A stretch of DNA of 64,000 bases from Scyliorhinus canicula (GCF_902713615.1 NC_052153.1:46081382-46145381); one strand, 5' to 3'. Counted from the first letter of the stretch, positions 36,270 to 50,219 are shown. Translations and numbers: made by a program. Notes: generated from the sequence alone by a model not told the origin.

Positions 36270-36640
36270 AGAACATAAGAAATAGGAGCAAGAGTAGACC
36301 ACAAGGCCAATCGAGTCTGCTCCACCATTCATGGCTAATCTTGGGCTTCAACTCCATTTTCCCACCAGTTTCCCATGTCCCTTAATTCCCAAGACCACAA
36401 ATCTGTCTATCCCAGACTTAAATGTATTCGATGATGGGGCATCCACAACATTCTGGGGTAAAGGATTCCGAAGATTCATAACATAACCCTTTGAGTGAAG
36501 GCCTAAATAACTGTCCGCCTATCCTGAAAATGTGCTCCCCCCCCCCCCCCCCCCCCGTTTTGGATGCCCTGGCCAACGGGGAAAAAAAATCTCTCAGCAT
36601 CAAAATTTTATAGGTTTCGATGAGATCGCCTCTGATTCTT
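36270..36640 (-). mobile_element. CR1 3' fragment
   Basis: (TAAGAACA) tail and RIRGDLIETYKIL. Confidence 0.8.
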
Positions 36641-37159
36641 CCCAGTTTGACCTCCAAGGCGCACATGGAACTGTCAATTGCTGATCATGGATTTGATTGT
36701 TTGTAGGATTTTCACCCAGCAGGTGAGTTTGGAAAGTTTCATCAGGAATTTGCTCTGGCTGTATACGATTTTAAATGGTAAAACCAGTGTTTCTCATAAC
36801 ATCACCCATCCATAGTAAGTTCTTACATTACTGCACAAGCAGTGATTACTATTTATAAGGCAACTATCCAAAGGACATTACATACCCAAAGAATTAATGA
36901 GGCAAAATTCGCTGTCAGCATAACTGTGTGGCTAATGGCTGTTACATTTTGTGTAAACGTTATGCTCTTCAAGTGAGGCACAGAAGCACAATTCAATTTG
37001 AAAATCCAAAAAATGCTAAAATTGTGCCACTTCAGCATTAGCTTCACAAAAATGTCATCTTGCCAATTGCCTCATCATTTATTTATTTAGTGAATGCGAT
37101 TCCCCGAAGCCGTGTGGTAACCACCTTATTCACTGAGTTTAAGGTGCTTAGTTCACCGC

Positions 37160-37830
37160 TTTGACTGTCAGGGACACTCCTCAGTAATGTGCAACATTGT
37201 TTGTCTTTCCACAAGTGCATAAGTGGTTTGTACTGAGGCCTCAGTGAAGGTCGGTTGCACATGGGCCTGGCCTGTCCTGAACCTGTTTTGCAAGGACCAC
37301 TTGTCACCGTGGTAATCCAAAGCCATTTGACAGGTGCTGTTTGTCACAAGGAATTGGTTAGTAACTTCCCATGTTTCCCATAACTTGATCAAAGGATGTC
37401 TGCTGGTAGACATTGCTCAGGAAGGTTGCTCCATCATCATAGAGGTGGAGCACAAATGGTTTCAACCAGCTTGTGGGTTTTTGTCAGCCAGCGGATGTAT
37501 GCTGGAGTAACATTTGTGAGGGCAGGAAGCAAGGAGGGGCGATAAGCAAAGGGGTCTAGTTATGAACCATTATTACATTCAATTGAGTGTCAGTAAGATG
37601 TGTGTGTGATGACCTTTTGCAGACAGGTGCATGGTACTCTGCTGAGGAGTCTGATTGGATTAGAGCTGAGGCGGAGTGTTGTGGCAGCAGCACCCCACCT
37701 AGATCCAGCAAGTTTGATTAGTAGGTTGTCTCCAGTTTTGACCTTTGCTGCTGTTTTCTTCAAATGTTCCCAGAAGAATAGAGTCCTATCCAGGGCCACT
37801 CCCAAGTATTTTGCTTTGAGATCATGCCCC
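37160..37830 (-). mobile_element. Second Vingi-like LINE 3' fragment
   Basis: KYLGVALDRTL...KVKTGDNLLIKLAGSRWGAAATTLR; QTMLHITEECP. Confidence 0.8.
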
Positions 37831-40306
37831 ATCATTGCACAGTGTAAAGTTGCTGTATTTGTGCACTAGATGCTAAATGAACCTGCAGACAATTATCTTA
37901 TCACTTTCAGACTAATACTCTTTCAATAAGGTGGTATGTGTTGCTCACTGCAAATCAAGCACTACTGATGGTATGCACTGTCAGTCCTTTAGGTTTTAAT
38001 TGTTGTTGAAGCTTTTTAAAAATGTAAAATTAAAAATGAAAGTTTACTGGGTTTTTTTCTCCTCTTTTCCCCTCTCAATCCATCATTTCTTTCTCTCTCT
38101 CTATTTCTCTTTCTGTACCTAATTTAATATTGAATTCATCCACTTTACATTTTCTTCTCTGGCCTGAATTCTCACCAATTCAGAAGAGCTCTGCACATCA
38201 GTCAAAATGGCACCAGAGCCCCAATTTCATAAATTCTGACCTTGGTGCCCACCATTTTTGCTGGGGAGCGGAAGAGGAATGGGGAGAGAACATCTTTTGC
38301 CCATCAATGGTTCAGAGGTAGCTGCACAATTGAAAGATCAGGTACTCTTGAGTTTGCGTACCATTTTGAGAGAGAACAGGTAACCGTTGGCATTATTAAG
38401 AGTAGACATGAATATGTGTAAGAAGTGTGGAATTGTAAGCTGTCATTTAAACCCCTGCTCTTTCATTTTTGGGGGGCAAACAGTCTGCAGTTGAATGAAA
38501 TTGAAGCTTGTAATTTCACTTGCTGTTTGTTAATATCAGTCCAAGGGTTTTGATTACAGGATTAGTCCCCTTGTCAGCTTCCACAACCTGTTCTTACCAC
38601 AGTGGCGGCTTATAAATTAATACCTCAATTGATAGCTCCAAGTCTTTGATGTGGGGTTATCCTACAAATGTTTGTTTTTTCAGAAGAGATTTAGTATTTG
38701 AATGGATTTAAATGAATTTAATGGGCTTTTATCAATGGGAGTTATTTTTAATATAGTGAAGTTGTAGTAGATATTAAAACTTCATTTTATTTTATCTTAG
38801 CATGGCTCCTGAGGTCTGCCACTGGTGGATACTGCGTGATTTGGCATGGCGGATGTAAGAGCAAAAGGTGCTGGGGCATGGGTTGGCACTAAATTGGCAT
38901 GGGGTTATTATAGGCTATGGGCATGATTGGGATAATTTAGCATAGGACTTATCAGAGGTTATGGGAATGTCTGGGGTCATGAAAAGGTAGCACTAAGTTG
39001 GCATGGAGGGTTTTGGGAGCCATGGAAGGTGGATAGACATGGAGAGTATGGGGGGCTGTCGGAGTGAGTGGGTGGGCATGAGGCGGCATGGATGGGATAT
39101 GGGGAGTGTGTGTGGGGTGGACTGTGAGGAGTGTGAGCTGCAAGGCTGCTTTTTGTTGTATTGTTTGTATTACAACAGAAATAAAATCATAGACCATCAA
39201 AGCGAGTATTTTAAACAGGCCGCCACACCCACTGTGCTGCCTCCACATTGGGGTGGGAGGCCCGTCTCCCCACCCAGCCCCGGAACAAAAAAACGACCAT
39301 TCAAGGCAATTAAATCAAGTTGAGTTTGTGGAGTTGGGAATTTCCCAACTCTGCGTACCTGGTGCAGGAGTGAAAGTTCTGCCCTCAGCCCTTCTGTTTC
39401 CCCTGTCCATTGATTGTAATGATTTGAATGTGACAATATTGTGAATTTCAGCCAAGATATAGCAGCTAATGCAAAATAATTGAGCAACTTGTTTCACGTT
39501 ATCCTTTCTAACTGCAAATATTAATGTACAGTAGGGCAGTACTTGAGAGGGAGAATGTTTACACAACAGTACCCATAGCCCATATAGACAAATACCAATA
39601 CTCCAGAGCACAGGATACGAATACTCCTTGCAGTATTAATATTGTTACAATACTAATACTGTCAATGCACATACAGTACAGTATCATAGTTGTGTTCCTC
39701 AGAGGATGGTTCTGATATTCCTTACAGTACTGTTAACTGATAATATTGTGCCAATATTCTTTATAGGGCAGTATAATAGCTAGACGTTTACAGCACAAGA
39801 AGATCATTCAGCGCATTGCATCCATGCTGATTTTTTCCGTGAGCAATCCAAAACTAAGCAAACTACCCTGTCCGCTCCCCATATCCTTGTATACCATCTG
39901 CATTAAATATTTATCCAATTTTCACCTTACAAAAGCATAGTTTCTGCCTCAACTGTTCCTGTGGCAAATTATTCCATGCTTCAAGATTGCACAGGGTACA
40001 GGAATTTCTCCTAGCTTCTCCCTTTACTTATTAATGACATTTAAAATTGATGGTCCCTCATCACAAACTCTTCAACCAATATTCCTTATAGCTCAGCATC
40101 TATTAAATCACAACTCATTACAGTCAGTACCATGTCATACTTTTTATGCATCATTTGCAGGACTAAGCTGATTCTATACACTACACTAATACTGTTTATA
40201 GGCTATGCCACTTAACAGCACCATACTGATACTGCCTCCAATGCCACTTTTATTTGTAGAACTGTACTGATCTATACAGTACCAATACTGCTTTATAGAA
40301 CAGTAT

Positions 40307-40991
40307 GGGTTCGATTCTCCATTATTGGGACTATGTCCCCACGCTGGCTCCTAAACTGTGGAGTTTGCCGCCAGAAAAGCTGGCATTAAAGGGACACGGG
40401 TTGCTAGCCCTGCAGGGTGCTAGCAGGGACCTGGCGTAGATCAAGCAGCTTTTGCTGCAGATGTGGGCCCCCGCACCTCCGGGTTGGAGGACGCGAATGC
40501 GCACGGCGGTGGCCCCCAGCTGTCACGCCGTGCTCCATGGCAGACTTGGACCGCAGAGCTGGACCCAAAAAGGAAACTCCCCAATCCGCTGCATACCTGG
40601 CCCTCAGCCCCCACACAAACATTCCCGGCTGCCTATAAGGCTCCCCGGCCTCCGATCGGCTCGCCCCTGACCAGGGCGGCCGTGGACTGAGTCCGCAGCC
40701 GCCGCGTGAGTATCCCGACCGGCTGGACCATATTAGATCCACGCTGCTGGGACTTCGGCCGGTGAGGGGCGGAGCGGGCCTCTGGCAATGGCCCCAGCCG
40801 GCGCGTTGTACTCCCCGGGTACGCCTGGCCAATCCACCTAACCTGCACATCGATGGGTTGTGAGGGTGAAACCCACGCAGGCACGGGGTGAATGTACAAA
40901 CACCAAGTAGACAGTGACCCAGGGCCAGGATCGAACCCGGGTCCTCAGCGTCGTAGGCAGCAGTGCTAACCACTGTATCACCGTGCTGCCC
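40307..40991. mobile_element. Harbinger-type MITE half joined to a minus-strand HE1 head (40826-40991)
   Basis: GGGTTCGATTCTCC TIR; HE1 head reverse complement. Confidence 0.7.
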
Positions 40992-41699
40992 TATAGAACA
41001 GCAAAAACTTGTGCTATATATTCACCATGTAGTATCTGTGCACATTTATTTTATTCTTTCATGGGTCATGGGCATCGCTGGCACAGCCAGCATTTGTATT
41101 GTCCTTCCCTAATTAACCTTGAGAAGATGGTGGTGAGGTGACAGCATCAAGCACCAATTTTGCTTAGAGCTCTGCAGATAAATGGATTTTTTCTAAACTT
41201 GCCTTGGACCGTGGCAGGTGATGTTACTTGTTGCAAATTAACATTAAGAACGATCCTTAAGGGATGATGCTATGAAAGGTTTATAGATAATGACGAATTG
41301 TACATGGCAACAATCACCAGTTTCCCCGCTGAACTGATGAATTTGAGATCTTACTGTTTTTTTTCCTCCTTTATTCTTCCATGGGAAGTTGGTATTGCTG
41401 GCAAGGCCAGCATTTGATGCCTATCCTCATTGCCCTTGAACTGAATCGCTTTGCTGGGCCATTTCAGAGGGCAGTTAAGAATCAACCATATTGCTGTGGG
41501 TCTGGAGTCAGACTAGGTAAAGATTTCCTTCCCTAAAACATGTGAGTGAACCTCATATGGGTGATGAGTTTTTATTTTAAAAAATCTAGAGTTTCTTGGT
41601 CATCATTAATGAGATTGGCTTTATATTCAAAATGTATTCATTGAATTTAAATTCCACCAGCTGTCGTGGTGGGATTTGAACCCATGTCCCCAGATGTCA

Positions 41700-41977
41700 T
41701 GGTGGCACAGTGGTTAGCACTGCTACCTCACAGACCAGGGGCCCGGGTTCGATTCCGTCCTTGGGTGACTGTCTGTGTAGAGTTTGCACATTCTCCCAAT
41801 GTCGGGTTTCCCCCCACAGTCCTAAGATGTGCAGGTTAGATGGATTGATCATGCTAAATTGCCCCTTAATATACAGGGATAGAGCAGGGCTGTGGGCCTA
41901 GGTAGGATGCTCTTTCAGAGGATTGATCCATACTCGATGGGCCAAATGGCCTCATGCACTGTAGGGATTCTATGATT
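41700..41977 (+). mobile_element. HE1-type SINE
   Basis: A/B boxes, V-domain remnant, tail. Confidence 0.85.
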
Positions 41978-42140
41978 AGCCTGGGTTCCTAGAATACTAA
42001 TCCAGTGACATCACTACTAGGCCACCATCTTCCCCTGGGATGACAACCCTCATCAACTGGAGTATGGCATTATGGAGGAAATATGTTGCACATCTTTTGC
42101 CTGACGCTGGCCTGTTCAATTCGGGAATTGCCATGATAGG

Positions 42141-42817
42141 TATTATGGGCCAGGGTTTAGAAAACTCCAAAGTATATAATTGAGTTCACCTGACCTACAA
42201 CTGTTTGGCGATTTTGGTTACGAGGAGCACTAGGGCCTGCCTTTCAGGTGTTATTCAACAGAGGCCTTTAGTACTTTTAATCAAAACCAAGTTTTACTCT
42301 ACAAATGTAGTTAACATTTTAATAAACATACACAGTAAGCATTTTTATCAACTACCAACATAAATACCCACACAGCTACAGTAATCTATGTATAACCCTT
42401 AATACATTTCTCCCTTTAACTGTTCCAATTTAATAACAAAATCCCATAAACCAGAAACCCCTTTTCAAAAGTGTGGCCCAGCATTCAGCACTCAAGACCT
42501 GGTATGAATGCTCTTGTTTCCTTTCCAAAACAGCAGGTTTGAATTCCTTTCCGAAAGCAATTATTTATTTTAAGTTGTTAAGTAATCTGGAAACAGCTTT
42601 TAAAATGAAGATAGAGAGACAGGCCAATATACTACTGTTTCTGAGTACAGCAGCCAAATGTGAAAACGAAAGCAAAACCTCAGAGCCACAAACAAGCCCC
42701 AAACCAAAGCAAAAGTAAAACCAACTCCCAGAGCCACAGCCCAGCTCCACCCACAAAAATGACATCACTGAAGCCGTGATGAGACAAAAACATTTCTTAA
42801 AGGGGCACTCCTATGAT
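42141..42817 (-). mobile_element. Solo LTR related to Gmr1-type LTRs
   Basis: Termini resemble the reverse complement of 58962-59593 (TTATGGG...AAAGGGGCACTCCTATGATA). Confidence 0.7.
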
Positions 42818-43175
42818 ATAGGTTTAGTACACTTAAACTAGGATTGAAACGATTGATATCTGAAAATAATCAGTTAAATTTTAAGCTGTTCCTTAGATTC
42901 ATACTTTGTATTTAATTATTCTCTAATTATCCAGGACCGTGTGTCCTAACACATTGCTAATCCTGTTTCTGTCCGCATTTGCTCATCCAAGCTGCTTGCC
43001 GTCAGTCCTATAGTTCAGAATTATGTTTCACATATCACTCAGCTTTAACATTGCATGGGGTAGGTTGGAGAACATGGTCATTGTGATGCCTGTCTTTTTT
43101 TTGGATAATCGATTATTTGCTTTATTTCTCCCTCTCTACCTCTCTCTGTCCCTCCTGTGGGGTTTCTCACCGTTA

Positions 43176-45185
43176 TAGCTGGGGGAAAGGCAATTATCAT
43201 GCGATTAGGCAAGACTTAGGATGGGCACAATTGAAGTGTGGAGCTTGTTCAAGGAACAGCTACTGCATGTCCTTGATAAGTACGTACCTGTCAGGCAGGG
43301 AGGAAGTGGTCGGGCAAGGGAACCGTGGTTTACTAAAGTAGTTGAATCACTTGTCAAGAGGAAGAAGGAGGCTTATGTAAAGATGAGATGTGAAGGTTCT
43401 GTTAGGGCGCTTGGGAGTTACAAGTTAGCCAAGAAGGACCTAAAAAGAGCTAAGAGGGGATGTGAGAAGTCTTTGGCAGGTAGGATCAAGGAAAACCGGA
43501 AAGCTTTATATAGGTATGTCAGGAATAAAAGAGTGACTGGGGTAAGAGTAGGGCCAGTCAAGGACAGTAGTGGGAAGTTGTGCGTGGAGTCCGAAGAGAT
43601 AGGAGAGGTGCTAAATGAATATTTTTCATCAGTATTCACACAGGAAAAAGACAATGTTGTCAATCAGAATACTGAGATACAGGCTACTAGACTAGACGGG
43701 ATTGAGGTTCATAAGGAGGAGGTGTTAGCAATTCTGGAAAGTGTGAAAATAGATAGGTCCCCTGGGCTGGATGGGATTTATCCTAGGATTCTCTGGGAAG
43801 CTAGGGAGGAGATTGCAGAGCCTTTGGCTTTGATCTTTATGTCGTCATTGTCGACAGGAATAGTGCCAGAAGACTGGAGGATAGCAAATGTCCCCTTGTT
43901 CAAGAAGGGGAGTAGAGACAACTCTGGTAACTATAGACCAGTGAGGCTTGCTTCTGTTGTGGGCAAAGTCTTGGAAAGGATTAAAGATAGGATTTAGAAT
44001 AATCTAGAAAGGAGTAGTTTGATTAGGGATAGCCAACACGGTTTTGTGAAGGATAGGTCGTGCCTTACAAACCTTATTGAGTTCTTTGAGAAGGTGACCA
44101 AACAGGTGGATGAGGGTAAAGCAGTTGATGTGGTGTATATGGATTTCAGTAGAGCATTTGCTAAGGTTACCCACGGTAGGCTATTGCAGGAAATACGGAG
44201 GCATGGGATTCAGGGTGATTTAGTGGTTTGGATCAGAAATTGGCTAGCTGTTAGAAGACAAAGGGTGGTGGTTGATGGGAAATGTTCAGCCTGGAGTTCA
44301 GTTACTAGTGGTGTACCACAAGGACCTGTTTTGGGGCCACTGCTGTTTGTCATTTTTTATAAATGACCTGGAGGATGGCGTAGAAGGATGGGTGAGTAAA
44401 TTTGCGGATGACAGTAAAGTTGGTGGCATTGTGGACAGTGCGGAAGGATGTTGCAGGTTACAGAGGGACATAGATAAGCTGCAGAGCTGGGCTGAGAAGT
44501 GGCAAATGGAGTTTAATGCAGAAAAGTGTGAGGTGATTCCTGAAAGTTGCCACCCAGGTTGAGAGGGTTGTTAAGAAGGCGTATGGTATGTTAGCTTTTA
44601 TTGGTAGAGGGATTGAGTTTCGGAGCCATGAGGTCATGTTGCAGTTGTACAAAACTCTGGTGCGGCTGCATTTGGAGTATTGCGTGCAGTTCTGGTCGCC
44701 GCATTATAGGAGGGATGTGGAAGCATTGGAAAAGGTGCAGAGGAGATTTATCAGGATGTTGCCTGGTATGGAGGGAAGATCTTATGAGGAAAGGCTGAGG
44801 GACTTGAGGATGTTTTTGTTAGAGAGAAGGTTAAGAGGTGACTTAATTGAGGCATACAAGATGATCAGAGGATCAGATAGGGTGGACAGTGGGAGCCTTT
44901 TTCCTCGGCTGGTGATGTCTAGCATGAGGGGACATGGCTTTAAATTGAGGGGAGATAGATATAGGACAGATGTCAGAGGTAGATTCTTTACTCAGAGAGT
45001 AGTCGGGGCGTGGAATGCCCTGCCTGCAACAGTAGTGGACTTGCCAACACTAAGGGCATTCAAATGGTCATTGGATAGACATATGGATGATAATGGAATA
45101 GTGTAGATAGGCTTTAGAGTGGGTCCACAGGTCGGTGCAACATCGAGGGCTGAAGGGCCTGTACTGTGCTGTAATGTTCTATTGT
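43176..45185 (+). mobile_element. CR1 LINE ORF2 (RT) with internal deletion near 44537
   Basis: [41 protein letters not shown]; CR1 tail. Confidence 0.95.
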
Positions 45186-45719
45186 TCGTATAAAACGAAG
45201 GGTACAATTCTAAATAGGCTGCAGGAGCAGCGGGACCTGGCGGTTTACATGCTGAATCACTGAAGGTGGTCGGGCAGCTTGGTAAAAGGGGTAATAAAGC
45301 ATTTGGGTGCCCGGGCTTTATAAATTGGGGCCAGGGACCTGGGTTTTACCGGGATTTTCACAGTAACTTCATTGCAGTGTTAATGTAAGACGACATGTGA
45401 TACTAATTAAGAATATTATTATTAAATAATCCATCGCTGGTATTTTACTTTTGGGACTATGGCGACTTTAATTTCCATTGGTAAGATGCTGCTCACAGTA
45501 TTTCCTTCATCTATGAATCTTCACATATGGAAAATGCAGACTTTAAAAAAAAATGTAAAATTTAAAAGAAAAAGACTTTTAAATGTCTATATTTTGAATA
45601 AATGTTTTTTATTTCACACGCAAATGGTGATAATGCCTCCATCGAATACTTCTTGGACTAATGAACATTGCATTAAATGGTGCCTTGATGTGCTTTTATG
45701 AGGTTTCAGAGATTTAAAA

Positions 45720-45824
45720 GGGTTTTGCTCGAGGGTAACTCAGGTTGGAGAATATCGGATGTGCGCCTCAAGATTTTTATAGTGACAATTTGTACCGTGA
45801 CAGATAAAAGGTTGGGAACCACTG
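45720..45824. mobile_element. hAT (Charlie-like) MITE end
   Basis: AAAAGGTTGGGAACCACTG is the reverse complement of a CAGTGGTTCCCAACC TIR. Confidence 0.45.
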
Positions 45825-47429
45825 CCTTAAGTGGCATTAATTGCCAATTTAAGAGTCTCAATTAGCGTCCAAGTCAGAAGGCCCCCAAGGCTTCTTGACT
45901 TACCTAATGCAGGCTGAGGTAGGAAGGCAGCACAGCTCCCTCTATGCGCTCCCACCCGATTGAATATCCCCAGCCTCCAAACTCTGGGCTGCATTAAATT
46001 CTGCCCTATAATTCTATTCTGTCATTTTTGCGCCTCCTCCTTTTTCTGTGGGAAAGGGTGTGGCTCAAATTGAGCTACTAGCAACCGGAGACTTCCGCTG
46101 GATGTGGGCGTGGGGAAAATGTAGCCCTCTGTAGCTCCCTTCTTTTCCCCATTCCCCATCCACACAAGCACTCCCCCTTTCACTTCTCCTCCCTCTCACT
46201 ATTTATACTTCTGCTTTTCTCGATTACCTTAAACCCTCGCCTCTGTCGCCCTACCTCCCCTTCGATCCCACTCCCCCCTCCCCTTTTCACGCCACTTTCC
46301 TTTGCACCCCTCTATTTTCATATCCAACTGCCCTCCCCACTTCCCCAACGCCTGCAGGACCAGAGCTGCAGTTGTTGGCTATCGTCTGGTGAGATTGTTC
46401 CACCAGGTTCCTGACCAGCCCGCTGCCATTTTTAAAAGTAAAGACAAACTTACTCAGTCTTGCCTTCGATTTCTTCACCTTTAGATTGGCAGATCCCACC
46501 TTTATCACTGTGGAAGACCCACTGGCCTTCCAGGGTCAGGAACCTACCAGCCGTCTATGATTGGATGGCAAGCTATTGCCTGAAGCATTGAAAATTGGGT
46601 GAGCCTGTCTTAAAGCAGAACAAACGGGGGCAGGACCCAGAACTAACCCCATTCCGATATTGTTTTCAGATTTTCCTTTTCTCACTGGCTGGTTCTTTCA
46701 CTGCACACCTCACCGTATATTGTAATCTCTAGCCTAGTTCTTAGTAGTTAATCTTATTAAGCATGCATCAATAGCTTTTCTCTTGTTGATACCCTCCTGT
46801 TCCCCCCTATTGTCCCCCCTCCCCTCCGCCTTTCCTTTCATTCTCTTCTGCCAATTTCCCCTCTGCTTCACCTCCCTCCCTCTAACCTGCCGCCCAACTC
46901 GGAATCTTTGTTTAATTTTCAAAGTAATTCTTTAAAAGATAAATCAAATTAGAATGTGGAAAGAAACTATCTCTCTGCCTTTCTCTCTGTGTGCCTCAGC
47001 ATGTCGGTCTCTATAATATTTTTGTATATATTTAGATCAGTCTCACATCGTGCATGTAATGAACCTTGGCCTTGTCTGTCAACAGCACACCAGTGAGAAT
47101 AATTAGTTGACTTCAAAAGTCAATGCGTTTCTTTTTGTAAGTAGCTTTAAAGGAAGAGGCAGTTGTTTGGGATTCTTTCCCTCTTCAGTCAACCCCACCC
47201 CAATTTATTTTCTTTCTCACTCTCTCACACCCATTTCCTCAGCTTACTACGTTTATAATACAGTCACTGTTTGCACACACAATCAGATCACTATCACTTT
47301 CTTCTGCTAAACCCTCCCTTTTAAAAGTAACATTAATAACAACATTACCTCAATAAAGCTTCTGTGATGTGTTCTCTTGTTTTTCAAAATTAATTGAAAG
47401 TAAATATTGCATCATTGCAATATTGACTG

Positions 47430-48498
47430 ATGCACCCACATGGTGGAGATGGTTAGCAGCTTCAAAAATCTGTCCTGGCCCACCCACGTTGTCGCTACCA
47501 AGAAAGCACAACAGCGCCTGTACTTCCTCAGGAAACTAAGGAAATTCGGCATGTCCACATTGACTCTTACCAACTTTTACAGGTGCACCACAGAATGTAT
47601 CTTATCTGGCTGCATCACAGCCTGGTATGGCAACTGCTCGGCCCAGGACCGCATGAAACTTCAGAGTCATGAACACAGCCCAGACCATCACACGAACCTG
47701 CCTCCCATCCATTGAATCCATCTACACCTGCTGACTGGGGAAAGCGGGCAGCATAATCAAAGACCCCTCCCACCCGGCTTACTCATTCTTCCAACTTCTT
47801 CCATCGGGCAGGAGATGCAGAAGTCTGAGAACACACACAAACAAACTCAAAAACAGCTTCTTCCCCGCTGTTACCAGACTCCTAAACGACCCTCTTATGG
47901 ACTGACCTCATTAACACTACACCCTGTATGCTTCATCTGATGCCGGTGCTTATGTAGTTACATTGTATACCTTGTGTTGCCCTATTATATATTTTCTTTT
48001 ATTTCTGTCATGATATGCAAACATGCAACCAATGAACACTCAGAATAGGACACAACCAATGGGCATTCAGGACACTCAGAGGTGGCATCACCACAAGGGG
48101 GTATGACATAAACACTACAAAAGGGATGAGGCACTCACACCCTGCCTCTTTCCACAGAAAGACATCTAGAGAGTTAGACAGGGTTGATCAGCAGCATCAC
48201 ACCCCAGCAAGCGGCTCAGAGCAAGCTGGTACAGTTAGACTGAGTTACTACAGTTAGATTAGCAGAGAGTCGAACTCAATTTGAGAATTGTGTTAATAGT
48301 TCAATAAACAAATTGAACTCATTTCAGAGTCTGGAGCATCCTTTAGTTAAGACTGCATCAAGTAGCAGCCTGTGTTATCCGAAGCAGCATACAACAATTT
48401 CCTTTTCATTTCATGTACTTAATGATCTGTTGAGCTGCTCACAGAAAAATACTTTTCACTGTACCTCAGTGCACATGACAAACAAATCCAATCCAATC
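47430..48498 (+). mobile_element. Rex1-like LINE 3' end
   Basis: KKAQQRLYFLRKLRKFG...ILSGCITAWYGN; (CAATC) tail. Confidence 0.88.
48006..48396 (+). mobile_element. Solo LTR in the Rex1 3' UTR
   Basis: TG...CA ends, TSD ATTTC, CCAAT boxes, AATAAA. Confidence 0.88.
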
Positions 48499-48927
48499 CC
48501 TGCCCATGTTAAAAATACGCAAATTAAATTTAGATATAACCCTACTCCAATCTTTCAACTTCAACTCTTGGAAGAGGCTTCGACCTTGAAGTACAAAACT
48601 TTAATGGCGGAATTAACAGGCATGTAAAAATTGAGATACATTTAATGATACTGTGAAATATGTATTACTAGATTTTTTTGAGTTGCTCATCCTCTCCCAG
48701 AATCAAGTGTGTAACTGTGTCCTGTGTTGTCTGTGTGCCTGCCTTCGGTCAGAACTCACTTACACACACACGCAAAACACTAGCCTGATTTCACAGACCC
48801 TGACTGACCGGCATTTTCACTTCAGCTTCGGCAATGATAGTGAACTTTCCGTTTAATGGCTGAGTGAGAAGTTGCCAGGTTCGATTCCCCCGGCGAGTGG
48901 AGATGACAAAGCTGTGGCTCCAAATAA

Positions 48928-49155
48928 TCCAAGATGGCGCCGGAGCGTGTGTGACTCTCTGTGAGCTCCCTCACACAGATTCTCTTCTTACATCTCCTAT
49001 ATCCGTACTAATCTCTTAAAATGTAATTCTAACACGATCACTAACCTTTCTCCTTCATCTTCTCTTGCAGGTTTGAAGCTAGGTATTAACATTGTGTGCC
49101 TTGTGTACTTCTCACTGTACCTCGGTACACATGATAATAAACAAATCCAATCCAA
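48928..49155 (+). mobile_element. Short non-autonomous Rex1-derived element (5' head fused to 3' tail)
   Basis: CAAGATGGCGCCGG head; tail CACTGTACCTCGGTACACATGATAATAAACAAATCCAATCC matches the 48460-48498 tail. Confidence 0.6.
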
Positions 49156-49309
49156 ATTCGGGCATCCAGTAGGGTGCCTCCACCTGGCGGGTGTGGCCAA
49201 TGTCAAATCAGACTGCAAAATATCTATTGACGCAGCAACTTCATCGTTGACTGCTCCCCCCCCCACTCTGTTTTATGAACCTAACTTTTCCCTCCTTTCC
49301 CTTCTGTAG

Positions 49310-49670
49310 AGGGTAATCGTCCCCGGTGGAGGAGAAGCTTTCAGGTGGTTCTTCTGAGAGAAACCGAGGAGCTACTCATGGAACGCCATTTGCCTGACTA
49401 ATGGACAAGGAGTTCTGCACGTGTTCCTGACGCAAGACGCCAGTTCTATGCCAATGGTTCCTTTTCGTTATCATTGTGGACATTGTCTTTCTTTTAAGCA
49501 TCGTTGGTTTTATGTGAAAACTACGTGTTGGTATTATTAGGGATGAATTGTATACGAAAATGCAACTTGCACCGCGTGATGGAGAGAACTGGACAATCAT
49601 TATTAAGTATTCGGTACGCATTTGTGGCCCGTGCTGTTGTTTATATTAAAGAAAACTTGTTTTAAAAGAT
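49310..49670 (+). other. Candidate terminal exon of an unidentified plus-strand gene
   Basis: CTAAC branch, long pyrimidine tract, TAG acceptor at 49308-49309; ATTAAA at 49645; non-repetitive. Confidence 0.4.
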
Positions 49671-50219
49671 GGGGATCAAGCAATAACCTGCAGTGCAATT
49701 GTAGATAATGAGCACGATTTGTATAAGCCGGTGAAGGGCATAACTGTTTTGCGCAGAGTAAATTCTTTATCCTCTGGGTTCAGCAACACATTTGAATTTC
49801 TTGGCATCTGCTGCTCCCCCAACCTGTTTTCAGCTGGTTTTTCTCACCGACTGAAGAAGCCAACGGGGCTGTTCTGAGGCCATGAGGTGGCCCGATTGGA
49901 TAAAACATGTATAGTCAAGGCCATTCTGTGGAGTAACAGGAGGCACTAGGGGGTTGGAGGAGGTCACTGGTTTTAAAGAAATCCCCTTGCCCACATTGCC
50001 TTCGTGTACATTAGTTACAGGCTGCCAGCAAGGAGACATATTTAACAAGGTCGTCTCTTTTTTAAAGAAAAGATGTATTTTGGTAACGGTACAATCCGAT
50101 CAAGTGGTTTTTGCAGAATCCACCATTTGACACTGTCGATTGACCTCAGTAGGCACTCAGGTATATTTTCACCCAGACACTGGTGTCAGCAAAAACTTTT
50201 TCCTTTGAGTTTCTGACAG

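Noticed and set aside
49543-49600. SECIS element that would make the TGA at 49428 a selenocysteine (C-S-U)
   Set aside because: ATGA...AAAA...TGAT words are present but helix II does not pair by eye; SECISearch would be decisive
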